Shown: positions 20,372-28,610 of the stretch, one piece after another
How positions within the stretch are numbered: position 1 is the stretch's first letter
Layout: each line of letters starts with the position of its first letter
Origin: Deltaproteobacteria bacterium
Lineage (GTDB): Bacteria; Desulfobacterota; DSM-4660; Desulfatiglandales; Desulfatiglandaceae
DNA: 28,610 nucleotides
NCBI GenBank assembly: GCA_019307165.1
Contig: JAFDKD010000043.1
Coordinates: forward strand, 1-28,610
Direction of reading: 5' to 3'
Made by a program: the position numbers and the translations under genes
The notes under the pieces: generated by a model
Databases searched by the model: none
What the model was told of the DNA's origin: nothing
What the model saw: the letters and a program-made list of their open reading frames with translations, nothing else

Positions 20372-20626
20372 TTATTCCTCATCCCCTAAAAAATACCGAT
20401 GATACTCCGCCTCCGACAGGTACTGTTTCAGGAGCCGGGAGATCATCTCGAACAGGGCTTCCATGTCCTCTTCTGAGAGGCGGCTCCTGATCAGGGCCAT
20501 GAGTCGGTCATCCGAAAATTTCTGCAGGTAGCAGATCAGGGTCGCCTCGTCCACCTCCCGTTCGAAGCCGAAACCGACGTACCCGTCATATTCCTCCACA
20601 AAGTTGTGCCTGTGTTTGGTCATCAC
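20372..20626 (-). CDS. Small acidic hypothetical protein (84 aa)
   Basis: GTGA/ATGA-style overlap with the LUD gene stop; plausible globular sequence (YLQKFSDD.LM..I..RLS.E). Confidence 0.75.
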   Translation of the reverse strand: MMTKHRHNFVEEYDGYVGFGFEREVDEATLICYLQKFSDDRLMALIRSRLSEEDMEALFEMISRLLKQYLSEAEYHRYFLGDEE

Positions 20627-21285
20627 ATTCCCATGGCTTGGTTGATCAGGACCACGGATATGTCCGTGAGCACGGGCTTGCGGTGAAGGATGACGGTCAC
20701 CCGGCAGATGCGCTGCGGCGAATTGCAGTCATTGCACACGCCCGTCTCGGCGCACGGCGTCTCCATGTTGAGACTCTTGGCCCGCATGGGTCCGGCCACT
20801 TCCCTGACACGATTCAGAGCAGACTCCAGGTCAGGTCTCACCTTGTTCATGCCGGCTACGATGACGACCTTTTTGGGGCCGAATGTCATGCCGTTGGTGC
20901 GATTTCCCATTCCGTCCACGTTCACGATCTCGCCGGAGGCGGAGACTGCGTTGGCGCTGCACAGGAAACAATCGGCAAGCATCTGGTTTTTCCGGATCGC
21001 CAGGTTCTCTTCGCCGCTGAGCCCCTCCACCCAGTGATCGTAGACGGTTTTTCCCTTTCCCTTGAGGGCATCCACCAGGCCCAGAGCGCGGGTGGTATCC
21101 GATCCGCCGAAGCCGAACGTGTCGTAACCTGAAATCATGTCCAGGATAAATTTCCGCGCCTCGTCCACGTTCGGCATTGCATGGGCGTCAAATGCGTGTT
21201 TCTTGAGGTTCTTCACGCATTTCTCCCCCAACTTTTCCCACAGCCACGTCTGATAATTCGCGTTCACCGCGTAGTCATTTCCCAT
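20623..21285 (-). CDS. LUD-domain (lactate-utilization LutC-like) protein with Cys cluster
   Basis: ATG 21285 with GGAGG RBS; GFGGSDT, FLCSANA, NVDGMGNR, VAGMNK, PCAETGVCNDCNSPQRIC. Confidence 0.88.
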   Translation of the reverse strand: MGNDYAVNANYQTWLWEKLGEKCVKNLKKHAFDAHAMPNVDEARKFILDMISGYDTFGFGGSDTTRALGLVDALKGKGKTVYDHWVEGLSGEENLAIRKNQMLADCFLCSANAVSASGEIVNVDGMGNRTNGMTFGPKKVVIVAGMNKVRPDLESALNRVREVAGPMRAKSLNMETPCAETGVCNDCNSPQRICRVTVILHRKPVLTDISVVLINQAMGM

Positions 21286-21299
21286 CGTCAATCCTCCGT

Positions 21300-21348
21300 C
21301 AATTTTCAATCTTCAATGTTCAATTCTCACTGCTCACTGCCCAATTTC
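21300..21348. repeat. Seven-unit heptamer array spanning the xdhC stop and LUD 5' region
   Basis: caatttt caatctt caatgtt caattct cactgct cactgcc caatttc. Confidence 0.8.
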
Positions 21349-22415
21349 CCCCCTCCCGCCCTTTTCAATATCAACTCGGCCACAACGCTTACGGCTATTT
21401 CAGCGGGCGTCTCCGCCCCGATATCAAGGCCAATGGGGGAATGGACTCTTTCCAGATCGGCCTTTGTGAAACCCTCTTCCAGGAGCTTCTCATAGATGAT
21501 GTTTCGCTTCCGGCGGCTCCCGATCATCCCGATGTAACGGGCATCGGTCCTGAGGGCCTGGGCGAGGACATGTTTGTCGTGCAGATGCCCCCGAGTGACG
21601 ATCACGAGAAAAGACGACGAAACGACCGGAAGGGTTTCCATAACATGTTTGAATTCAAGCAGTCGCACCTCCTTTGCATCGGGAAAATTCCGCGTGTCCG
21701 CGAACTCCGGCCGGTCGTCGATCACCACCGTTGGAAATCCCACACCACCGGCCAGGGGGACGATTTGCGAAGACACATGCCCGCCGCCGAACACGTAGAG
21801 GACCGGGTCGGATATGAACGGCTCCACGAACAGCGGCACGCCGGCGCCCGAATCGTCCGTCATTGACACGATGGCGGGCTGTCCTTTTTCTACGGTGCCG
21901 TCCATTTGCTCCCGTAGCGCATCCTCGGCCCGCTGCCCGATTTGCAGGCTGCCGACCGCCTCGCCCCCCTGTTCGAAAAAAGCCCGGCCCGGCGGGCCTT
22001 TCCGCCACCGGGCCTCATCCACAACCGTCGCCAGCAGGCCGGTCCCCCCGCGCCGCGCAAGGCCGGCGACCTTTTTGTACAACTTCATGCCGTCAGGATC
22101 ATCGGGTAAAACGGGTTCCAGGAAGATTTCCACGTTGCCGCCGCAAAGCATATCGGTGTCGGCCACATCCGATCCCTTCAGAGAAAACTGCAGGCGCAGC
22201 GGCAGTCCCGTCTCCAGGACGCGCCCGGCAGCCTCAATGGTTTGCGCCTCCAGGAGCCCGCCGCCAATGGTGCCGACAATGGACCCGTCATCGAGAACGA
22301 GGCACTTGGTGCCCAGGTGTCGAGGAGAGGGTCCTGCCTGTTTGATCATGGTTGCCAGGACCGCGCCGCGGCCCTGTTCGAGTAATTTAACCATATGTTC
22401 ATATAAGGCGTTCAT
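21327..22415 (-). CDS. xdhC: XdhC/CoxI-family molybdenum hydroxylase maturation factor
   Basis: GTIGGGLLE, MLCGGNVEIFLEP, VFGGGHV, VIDDRPEFA, IVTRGHLHD, YIGMIGSRRK, PIGLDIGAETPAEIAVSVVAELI. Confidence 0.92.
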   Translation of the reverse strand: MNALYEHMVKLLEQGRGAVLATMIKQAGPSPRHLGTKCLVLDDGSIVGTIGGGLLEAQTIEAAGRVLETGLPLRLQFSLKGSDVADTDMLCGGNVEIFLEPVLPDDPDGMKLYKKVAGLARRGGTGLLATVVDEARWRKGPPGRAFFEQGGEAVGSLQIGQRAEDALREQMDGTVEKGQPAIVSMTDDSGAGVPLFVEPFISDPVLYVFGGGHVSSQIVPLAGGVGFPTVVIDDRPEFADTRNFPDAKEVRLLEFKHVMETLPVVSSSFLVIVTRGHLHDKHVLAQALRTDARYIGMIGSRRKRNIIYEKLLEEGFTKADLERVHSPIGLDIGAETPAEIAVSVVAELILKRAGGGKLGSEQ

Positions 22416-22429
22416 GATACCTTCCTCAG

Positions 22430-22849
22430 ATGAAACTTCGTAAGGTTCAAGGTTCAGGGTTCAGAGGTTCAGGGTTTCGTGTTACGCGTTGCGGGTTACA
22501 GGCTGCGGGATAAAGGACATTGACAACCGATTATTGATGATTGGCGATTGAAAAAGATTATTCTTCCGCCTGCCGATTTCTGACTTCCGCCCTCTGACCT
22601 CCGATTTCCGACCTCTGTTTTTTATCTCGCAAAGAACGCAAAGGTCGCCAAGATAAGGGCATTCGTTGTCGTTGTCGTAATCGCCGTAGGGCGCCCAACG
22701 CTCTCTTGAAAAAACGGAAGCGCCTTTTCCAAAGGGGCGCCTGTCCGCCGGTTTCGGGCGGGACTTAATCGAGCCTGCGGTTATTGCCGTTGTCATGAAC
22801 TTTCACGGTCGATTAGACCGGCCGACCCCGGGCCGGAGGCGGCGCTGAC
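22430..22849 (-). repeat. Modular repeat element, expanded copy E3 (heptamer mosaic)
   Basis: Same termini as E1/E2 (GTCAGCGCCGCC... and ...TACGAAGTTTCAT); interior filled with GGTTCA(A/G)G, CGxGTTx, xxGATTG, C(C/T)GA(C/T)(C/T)T (22573-22621), CGCAAAG and CGTTGT arrays. Confidence 0.85.
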
Positions 22850-23644
22850 TAATGGATATGTTCCGTTTCGCAATGAACCGGCCACCACGCGCGCTACGCC
22901 GCCGGCCGCCGGCTTCGTGAGAAGCTCGACCAGTGTCATCGCAAGGCTCGGGTCCTTCAACAAATCCAGCTTGTTCAAAAAAATAGCCCGCCTCGCCGAA
23001 CCGGGAGCGCCCTTGAAAAGGCCCCCGCTTTCCTGAAAAACGCTTACCAGAACCCGTGGGGTCAATCGCTCTCCGGGTTGCAGCCCGGTCAGGGCCGCGA
23101 ATTCATCCCCCCTGAAGACCGTATCCCGGTCGAAATGCCTTTCCAGCGCCTCCAGACCCATCATGGCCACCACCAGTGTGGCGCTCTCGGGAATCACCGG
23201 TTCATGGTCGGCCGGGACTTTCACCGGCCTGCCGGCAGCCCCGTCCGCTTCCACGACCAAGCAGTCAGGGGAAGCGTCATTGAAAAGTCTGTCCGCGGCG
23301 GAGGGCGAAATCCCTATAATTTTCCCAAAAGGCCCGCGCTTTTCCCCGACAAACGCCCATCCTTCCGCTGCCAGGACTGTTGCCAGATGGGACTGCCGGC
23401 CGGGACCCGTTTCGGACCTCATGACGACCGGAAACCGCAGTGCCTCTTCGTGCCGGATTTTGGTGGTGGTGCTTACCAGGACTCGCCGACCAAGGGACTT
23501 GAATTCTTCTGCCAGGACCGTCATAAGCGTGGTTTTTCCGCCGCCGCCCACAATGGCGATGTGCTCCCTCGATTTCAGGGCCAACGCGTCTATTAAACCC
23601 TGTTGATTTTTCTCCAAGGCAGACGTCCGATCTTCGCGGCTCAA
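22793..23644 (-). CDS. yqeC: Selenium cofactor biosynthesis protein YqeC
   Basis: IAIVGGGGKTTLM, VLVSTTTKI, VVEADGAAGRPVKVPADHEPVIP, GLFKG, FLNKLD. Confidence 0.9.
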   Translation of the reverse strand: MSREDRTSALEKNQQGLIDALALKSREHIAIVGGGGKTTLMTVLAEEFKSLGRRVLVSTTTKIRHEEALRFPVVMRSETGPGRQSHLATVLAAEGWAFVGEKRGPFGKIIGISPSAADRLFNDASPDCLVVEADGAAGRPVKVPADHEPVIPESATLVVAMMGLEALERHFDRDTVFRGDEFAALTGLQPGERLTPRVLVSVFQESGGLFKGAPGSARRAIFLNKLDLLKDPSLAMTLVELLTKPAAGGVARVVAGSLRNGTYPLVSAASGPGSAGLIDRESS

Positions 23645-23720
23645 AGCATCAGTTGCATGGCCCTAAGTAAAACCATTCGGGATAACCCGAACGCCTGAGG
23701 CTGAACCCCGGCAGCGTTTC

Positions 23721-25625
23721 TTATTTTTTTCTCAAGACCCGGTTGTCTCCCACCCGAACGGTGATCTGCGACTTGTCAAAGTACTCGATCAAAGGTATGG
23801 CGTACTTACGTGAGACGCCGGTCATGTCCTTGAACTGAGGCGTGGTTATTTCCCCGTTCGCCTTCAAAAAATCGATCATTCGGTCTTTGAGCGCTTCGAT
23901 GGCCTTCCCGTAGAAGTAGAGGTCTTCTTTGACCTTGATGACGATGCCTTCTTCAAGCATGACGGCCAAAACCTCCTTCGCAGTCTTTCCCGGGAATTCC
24001 CCTGAGATCTCCTTCAAATAGGGCGGCTGAAGCCCCTTTTCCCGATATATCTTCTCAAGCCGATCGCGCGCCTTTTCCTGGTCCTGTGCCAGGGTTACCT
24101 GGTGCTCCTTAAGCCGAACCAGTTCCTTTTCCTGGACCACCACATCTTCTTTTGTCAGCTGATTCATGACGTAATTGAACAGCTTGACGTTTTTTGCGCC
24201 TTCGGTCCTGGATCGCAATTCCTCTTTGGGAAGCCCGATTTTGAGGGGAAATTCTCCGTGGTAACGGCTGATGGTCTCGACGACCTGGTCCCTGGCCGCG
24301 GCAAAAAAATCCGCATGGATCAGGGCCCCCCGCTCTTTGTCATAGGCAATGACCCGCTTGCGGGCCTTCAACCCTTTAAGAACGTCATCAAGCCTTTTCC
24401 TGCGGGTGTTCGTCAGAAAGGAAAGCTCCCCTTCCTCCACGCCGCGGTATCGACCCATCAGTACAAACAACTCGCATGTTTCAGCCGGGTCCCCGTCAGC
24501 CAGTAGTTTCATCTGCGAAGCCGCTTTTTCCGAAAACCGCTTCATTTTCCCCGGCAGCGCATTGAGGATATCGCCACCCCCTATGGTCCTCACCGGCGAG
24601 TAGCTCCTCAGCACATAACGGTCGCCCCGCAGTACGGCCACGGGCGCTTCGAGCCGCATCTGCGCGAAACAACCTTCGCCGGGTTTCAGTTCATCCCGAT
24701 CCGACAGAACAACCGTGGCGATAACTTCCGAAGTTCCGGTGTGAAACCGGGCCTTGGCCCTGTTTTTGAGCTTCCGTGGCGAACTCTTGAGCAGATCCAG
24801 CCGGACATCCACCATGAAGCTCGGCCGAAGGGCATCCTTTGTGGCCAGCACATCGCCCCTGCGGATGGTCGTCCGCTCGATGCCCTGGAGGTTGATGGCG
24901 GTCCGCAGCCCGGCCCGAACATCCCGGACCTCCTTGTTGTGAACCTGGATGCCCCTGATCCGGGACTCGATTTCCTGGGGATAAATCGTGATCTCGCCGC
25001 CGGTGGAAGCCATACCGGACACGGTGGTCCCGGTGATGACGGTGCCGAACCCCTTCATGCTGAAGACCCGGTCGATGGGCAGTCTGAAAATGTGACCCAG
25101 GTCCCGGTCGGGAATGTTCGCCACCAGTTGGTCCAGGGTCTGGATCAACTCCGGAATCCCCTGTCCGTTGAGCGAGGAGACTTCCACGATGGGCGACTCC
25201 CCCAAAAAGGTGTTGGCGAGATAGTCGCTCACATCTTCCCGAACCAGTTCCAGCCATTCCTGTTCGACCATGTCGATCTTGGTCAGGACCACAAGCCCGT
25301 GCCGCACCTTCAGCAGTTCGCAGATCTCCAGGTGCTCTCTGGTCTGGGGCATGACGCCTTCGTCCGCGGCGATCACCAGCGCCACAAGGTCGATGCCCGT
25401 GGCGCCGGCCACCATGTTCTTGACAAATTTCTCGTGGCCCGGCACGTCCACGATCCCCAACAGTTTGCCGCCGGGCAGTTCCAGGTGGGCGAATCCCAGC
25501 TCGATGGTGATGCCGCGCAGTTTTTCCTCTTTCAACCGGTCCGTGTCGATGCCGGTAAGGGCCCTGATGAGGGAGGTCTTGCCATGGTCGATGTGTCCCG
25601 CCGTACCCAGTACAATCTGTTTCAT
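23721..25625 (-). CDS. selB: Selenocysteine-specific translation elongation factor
   Basis: [41 protein letters not shown]-terminal winged helices ending [15 protein letters not shown]...RVGDNR. Confidence 0.97.
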   Translation of the reverse strand: MKQIVLGTAGHIDHGKTSLIRALTGIDTDRLKEEKLRGITIELGFAHLELPGGKLLGIVDVPGHEKFVKNMVAGATGIDLVALVIAADEGVMPQTREHLEICELLKVRHGLVVLTKIDMVEQEWLELVREDVSDYLANTFLGESPIVEVSSLNGQGIPELIQTLDQLVANIPDRDLGHIFRLPIDRVFSMKGFGTVITGTTVSGMASTGGEITIYPQEIESRIRGIQVHNKEVRDVRAGLRTAINLQGIERTTIRRGDVLATKDALRPSFMVDVRLDLLKSSPRKLKNRAKARFHTGTSEVIATVVLSDRDELKPGEGCFAQMRLEAPVAVLRGDRYVLRSYSPVRTIGGGDILNALPGKMKRFSEKAASQMKLLADGDPAETCELFVLMGRYRGVEEGELSFLTNTRRKRLDDVLKGLKARKRVIAYDKERGALIHADFFAAARDQVVETISRYHGEFPLKIGLPKEELRSRTEGAKNVKLFNYVMNQLTKEDVVVQEKELVRLKEHQVTLAQDQEKARDRLEKIYREKGLQPPYLKEISGEFPGKTAKEVLAVMLEEGIVIKVKEDLYFYGKAIEALKDRMIDFLKANGEITTPQFKDMTGVSRKYAIPLIEYFDKSQITVRVGDNRVLRKK

Positions 25626-25727
25626 AAAGGCTTCCTTCGATCTCTCTAATAACGATAAGTTATTCTTTTAGGTGGAATATTGGGGGGTGTCAAGAGCGGA
25701 GGGTGAAACCAACGCCACCAGCAAGGT

Positions 25728-25882
25728 GTCAGCGCCGCCTCTGGCCTGAAGGACGGCGGGATCTCCGCTACGCTCCGACAAGCCTAATCGATCGGATAAC
25801 TTCAAGAAAAGGGCAATAACCGTAGACTCGGTTACGTTCCGCCACAAAACGGCGGACAGGCTCCCCTTTACAAAGGGGGATT
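25728..25882 (+). repeat. Modular repeat element, copy E4
   Basis: Aligns by eye with the reverse complement of 22722-22849 (GTCAGCGCCGCCTC..., CTAATCGA..., GGCAATAACCG..., CGGCGGACAGGC.CCCCTTT) and carries the 29-bp block identical to 4423-4451. Confidence 0.85.
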
Positions 25883-25930
25883 TGCCAACGGTATTAAATC
25901 CCCCCCGGGAGGCTGTCCGATGACTCATTT

Positions 25931-25975
25931 CCCCTCCCCCCGGATCAGGTCCGGGGCAGGCTCTCGTGGGAGGGG
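25931..25975. repeat. Nested REP-like hairpin
   Basis: CCCCTCCC...GGGAGGGG enclosing CCCCGGA-TCAGG-TCCGGGG. Confidence 0.65.
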
Positions 25976-26062
25976 ATTAAGGTTAATTTGTTCTTGATTA
26001 AATCCGAATACAAGTCTATATTCAGTGTTAAAATAAACCCGAATTAATAAATAGGTGCCACA

Positions 26063-26320
26063 ATGAAGCCGATAAACGTTTCTAAAAACATCGTTTCCCT
26101 GTCGGATTTTAAAATCAAGGCGTCCCAAATGCTTCATGACGTCAAGCGTTCGCATCACCCCCTTGTCATCACCCAAAACGGCAAGGCAGCGGCCGTCCTT
26201 ATTTCTCCGTCTGATTTTGACTTTCTCACGGAGCGGATCCGCTTCATCGACGCTGTACAAATGGGGTTGACGGATGTTCAATATGGCCGGATCGTGCCGG
26301 ATGAAGATCTGGATATATAA
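26063..26320 (+). CDS. Phd/YefM-family antitoxin
   Basis: IVSLSDFKIKASQML...PLVITQNGKAAAVLIS pattern; directly upstream of a RelE-like toxin. Confidence 0.9.
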   Translation: MKPINVSKNIVSLSDFKIKASQMLHDVKRSHHPLVITQNGKAAAVLISPSDFDFLTERIRFIDAVQMGLTDVQYGRIVPDEDLDI

Positions 26321-26322
26321 CC

Positions 26323-26631
26323 ATGAAGCTCCTTTGGACCGAAACAGCCAAACAGGATCTCTTGGATATCCACAGCTATGTTGGCGCCGATAACCCGACT
26401 GCAGCCAAACGATGGATCGAGAGATTGAGAGATCGTGCCAGAAGCGCTCTCCATGCACCGCTCGCAGGCCGCACAGTCACCGAATTTTCGCGTGACGATA
26501 TCCGGGAACTGATCGAGGGGAATTACCGTATCGTATATCAGGTGTTTTCAGATCGTCTCGTGATATTGACCGTTTTCGAAGGTCACGCTCTTTTCCCTTT
26601 GGAAAAAGTGGGCGATTCAACTGTTGAGTAA
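26323..26631 (+). CDS. RelE/ParE-family toxin
   Basis: LLWTETAKQDLLDI...DNPTAAKRWI...P.AGR.V.E....IRELIEGNYRIVY.V....VILTVFEG. Confidence 0.9.
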   Translation: MKLLWTETAKQDLLDIHSYVGADNPTAAKRWIERLRDRARSALHAPLAGRTVTEFSRDDIRELIEGNYRIVYQVFSDRLVILTVFEGHALFPLEKVGDSTVE

Positions 26632-26699
26632 TCCGCTTTTGCCCCCCCCTGGTCCGGCTCCAGGTAGATGCCTAAAAGCACACCAGCCGGTTGTCCCTC

Positions 26700-28046
26700 T
26701 CATCTGCGCTTCGATTTTCTTGGCCAGCGTGCTTTTGCGCGTTCCAGAAAGGGCGGCTCGACATGCTTGGGTGCACCGGAAACGATATCCTCGAACCCGG
26801 TCATGAATCCCTTCTTGCGAAAGTGTCTCTCGCGCACGTCGGCAACCACCACCTGCCAGTCGGCATCGAGTCCGGCCTTGGCGTAGCATTTCTTGGCATG
26901 CTCAATGTTGTCGAGCGCCGCGTCGTAGTACTTGCTCTTGCCGGCATTGACGATCCGCATGCAGAGAGCGTGGTACACTCTGGCTGAAATATCAGGATGA
27001 GAGCGCTCCAGTTTGCGCGCCAATGGCTCGATCCGGTAGTGGCTAAGATCTTCCAGTTCCTTATCCGTAGCCCGGCGCAGGCGCGCTACAAGCCGGTCGA
27101 TCTCTTTATTATCGAGCCAGAGTTCAATCAGAGAGGACAAATCACCCTTTTCTGATGCCGCCATGGCCTTTTGGCGCCATGCCATTTTCTCTTTGGCCGG
27201 CACGTAGCGCATCAACTCCTTGTATGTGAACGTGGAGGGGTCTGACTCAAACTCGGACCAGGCTGACTTGAGCGCATCTTCTGGCCGACCGATCTTGGCC
27301 AGCAGCGCCCGTTTTAACTCGCCCAATTCGTATTCTTCATAGGATTTTCGGCTGTCCGTCCGTGCGATCTTCAAGCCTCGCTCGACCCAGGACAGCGCGT
27401 CTTCAGGGTGTCTCCGGTTCCTGTATATTTTGGCGATGGCCATGCAGTCTTTGACTTCCAGCTCGGTCTGCTCGCAAAGCGCGATGTAGGCGTCAACGTT
27501 GCGTTGGCCCGCGAGCAGGGTCTTCAGCGCTCCGCCCCACCTCCGGCGTGCGTATCCGGGAGAACGCTTTTCCTTGTCACCCTGGGTCAGAGTGGATTCG
27601 AACTTGCAGCGAATTTGCTGAACGAATGCATCCAGCCCCTTCTTGTCGAGCACTTTGACAACCTCGCGATCAAGGTCATGGCAAAATCCGTAGGGATCGT
27701 CCTCCATCCAGAAAAGCAGCGACTTTGCGGTCTCGTCCGGGTCATGGTTCGCGGCCTGGCGGGCTTTGATCCAATCCCGAAACAGGTCCTCAACCAACAT
27801 GCCTAAATTGCCGCTCGAGTCGTCGATTTCATCGGCTTTTTCGTGGCAAGCGGCGATAAAGGTCTCAAACAGATGCGCTGCTCGTTCCGGCTCTTTCTTG
27901 ATGATCTTCCCAATGTCATTCGCAACATCCTGAACATCGTCCACGAACGACCAGGCGGCTTTGTAGGAGATGAAACTTCCGGGAGACAGCGCCGCTTCGA
28001 TGGCCTGCTCGAGCGGATCGATCTGTTTTCGCTTTCCGGGGCTCAC
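26700..28046 (-). CDS. Helical hypothetical protein (DUF6880-like)
   Basis: RBS AAGGAG plus GTG; KADEIDDSSGNLGM, WMEDDPYG, ALSWVERGL, NAGKSKYYDAAL segments. Confidence 0.75.
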   Translation of the reverse strand: MSPGKRKQIDPLEQAIEAALSPGSFISYKAAWSFVDDVQDVANDIGKIIKKEPERAAHLFETFIAACHEKADEIDDSSGNLGMLVEDLFRDWIKARQAANHDPDETAKSLLFWMEDDPYGFCHDLDREVVKVLDKKGLDAFVQQIRCKFESTLTQGDKEKRSPGYARRRWGGALKTLLAGQRNVDAYIALCEQTELEVKDCMAIAKIYRNRRHPEDALSWVERGLKIARTDSRKSYEEYELGELKRALLAKIGRPEDALKSAWSEFESDPSTFTYKELMRYVPAKEKMAWRQKAMAASEKGDLSSLIELWLDNKEIDRLVARLRRATDKELEDLSHYRIEPLARKLERSHPDISARVYHALCMRIVNAGKSKYYDAALDNIEHAKKCYAKAGLDADWQVVVADVRERHFRKKGFMTGFEDIVSGAPKHVEPPFLERAKARWPRKSKRR

Positions 28047-28058
28047 GATACTCCTTTC

Positions 28059-28610
28059 TCAGTGGACATACCCGCCGTCATCGTCGTCATCGAAATCATC
28101 ACGCAACGGGTCTTCGGCCATGGCCTCGGCCATATAAATAGCTTCATGGGCTGCCTCGGCGATGTCCTCATCGTCGGAATCGGTCAGGTCCACCAGAATC
28201 ATGCCTGCTTCCTGGGGGCGAATACCGGCTACGGCATCAATGGCGGCCAGCAGTATCGGTTTGTCGGTCACTTGCTCGCTGACGAGTTTTGATACGTGTG
28301 ACCAGGCCGCGTCCACCTCCCAATTGCCGGCCGCACAAATGGCCTGGTAATGGATATCCTGGTTGTTGTTATCAAGCGCTTCGAGGATCTGGTTATCGAA
28401 CCCGCGGACCCAGCGCATCGAAAAGACCGCTGTCAGCCGCCAATCCTCATCATCACTGGAATAAGCCGCCCGAATAGCGTCTTGATGCCAGTCCCGGGGG
28501 GCGCGAACCGATGCCTCCAGTATGCGTCGATGCACGTATTTGGGCACGGCTGCGTCCAGGTAAAGCCTGCGGAGCGATTCCTGGATTTTACGAAACGTGT
28601 CATCGGAAAT
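28059..28610 (-). CDS. HEAT-repeat-like protein, 5' end beyond window edge
   Basis: Frame stays open to 28610 (ISDDTFRKIQESLRRLYLDAAVPKYVHRRILEASVRAP...); repeated AICAAGNW/AAIDAVAG helices; acidic tail. Confidence 0.8.
   Translation of the reverse strand: MSDDTFRKIQESLRRLYLDAAVPKYVHRRILEASVRAPRDWHQDAIRAAYSSDDEDWRLTAVFSMRWVRGFDNQILEALDNNNQDIHYQAICAAGNWEVDAAWSHVSKLVSEQVTDKPILLAAIDAVAGIRPQEAGMILVDLTDSDDEDIAEAAHEAIYMAEAMAEDPLRDDFDDDDDGGYVH

Noticed and set aside
20200-20490. 96-aa plus-strand ORF after the macrodomain
   Set aside because: Runs through a heptamer array and antisense into the 84-aa gene; no recognisable domain.
22416-22792. CRISPR array
   Set aside because: Repeats are 6-9-bp tandem units without unique spacers; no cas genes in the window.
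22482-22796. 104-aa minus-strand ORF between yqeC and xdhC
   Set aside because: Made entirely of repeat element E3 (e.g. RGRKSEVRGRKSE from heptamers).
23645-23720. tRNA-Sec (selC) or riboswitch between selB and yqeC
   Set aside because: Only a small TTCGGG-ATAA-CCCGAA hairpin; no cloverleaf or riboswitch consensus recognised. No tRNA or rRNA seen anywhere in the window.

Overview
GC-rich bacterial window whose gene content suggests an anaerobic Desulfobacterota/deltaproteobacterium (inference). Left to right: trpB2 (cut by the edge), a minus-strand ugd-uxs-cysC-slp cluster, a candidate exported iota-class carbonic anhydrase, a MarR-linked cluster, tag and an Ada-Zn/Ogt fusion around an NDP-forming acyl-CoA synthetase alpha subunit, a SEC-C protein, glnS, a Rieske/cytochrome b pair, a macrodomain gene, a selB-yqeC-xdhC-LUD cluster, a Phd/RelE toxin-antitoxin pair and two accessory genes. 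The main find is a hidden selenoprotein candidate. The two track ORFs 7811..8140 and 8183..8581 are in the same frame and are separated only by one TGA (8138-8140). That TGA is followed at +11 nt by an fdhF-like SECIS hairpin. Read-through gives a 250-aa QueG/reductive-dehalogenase-like 2x[4Fe-4S] protein with Sec104, preceded by a duplicated palindromic operator and followed by a MarR gene, in a genome carrying selB. Also notable: a four-copy modular intergenic repeat family, 7-bp-periodic repeat mosaics, and several lesioned genes (a Rieske gene frameshifted by an exact 23-bp duplication, a collapsed methyltransferase, gene ends fused to repeats). Family assignments come from recognised motifs only; no database search was run.
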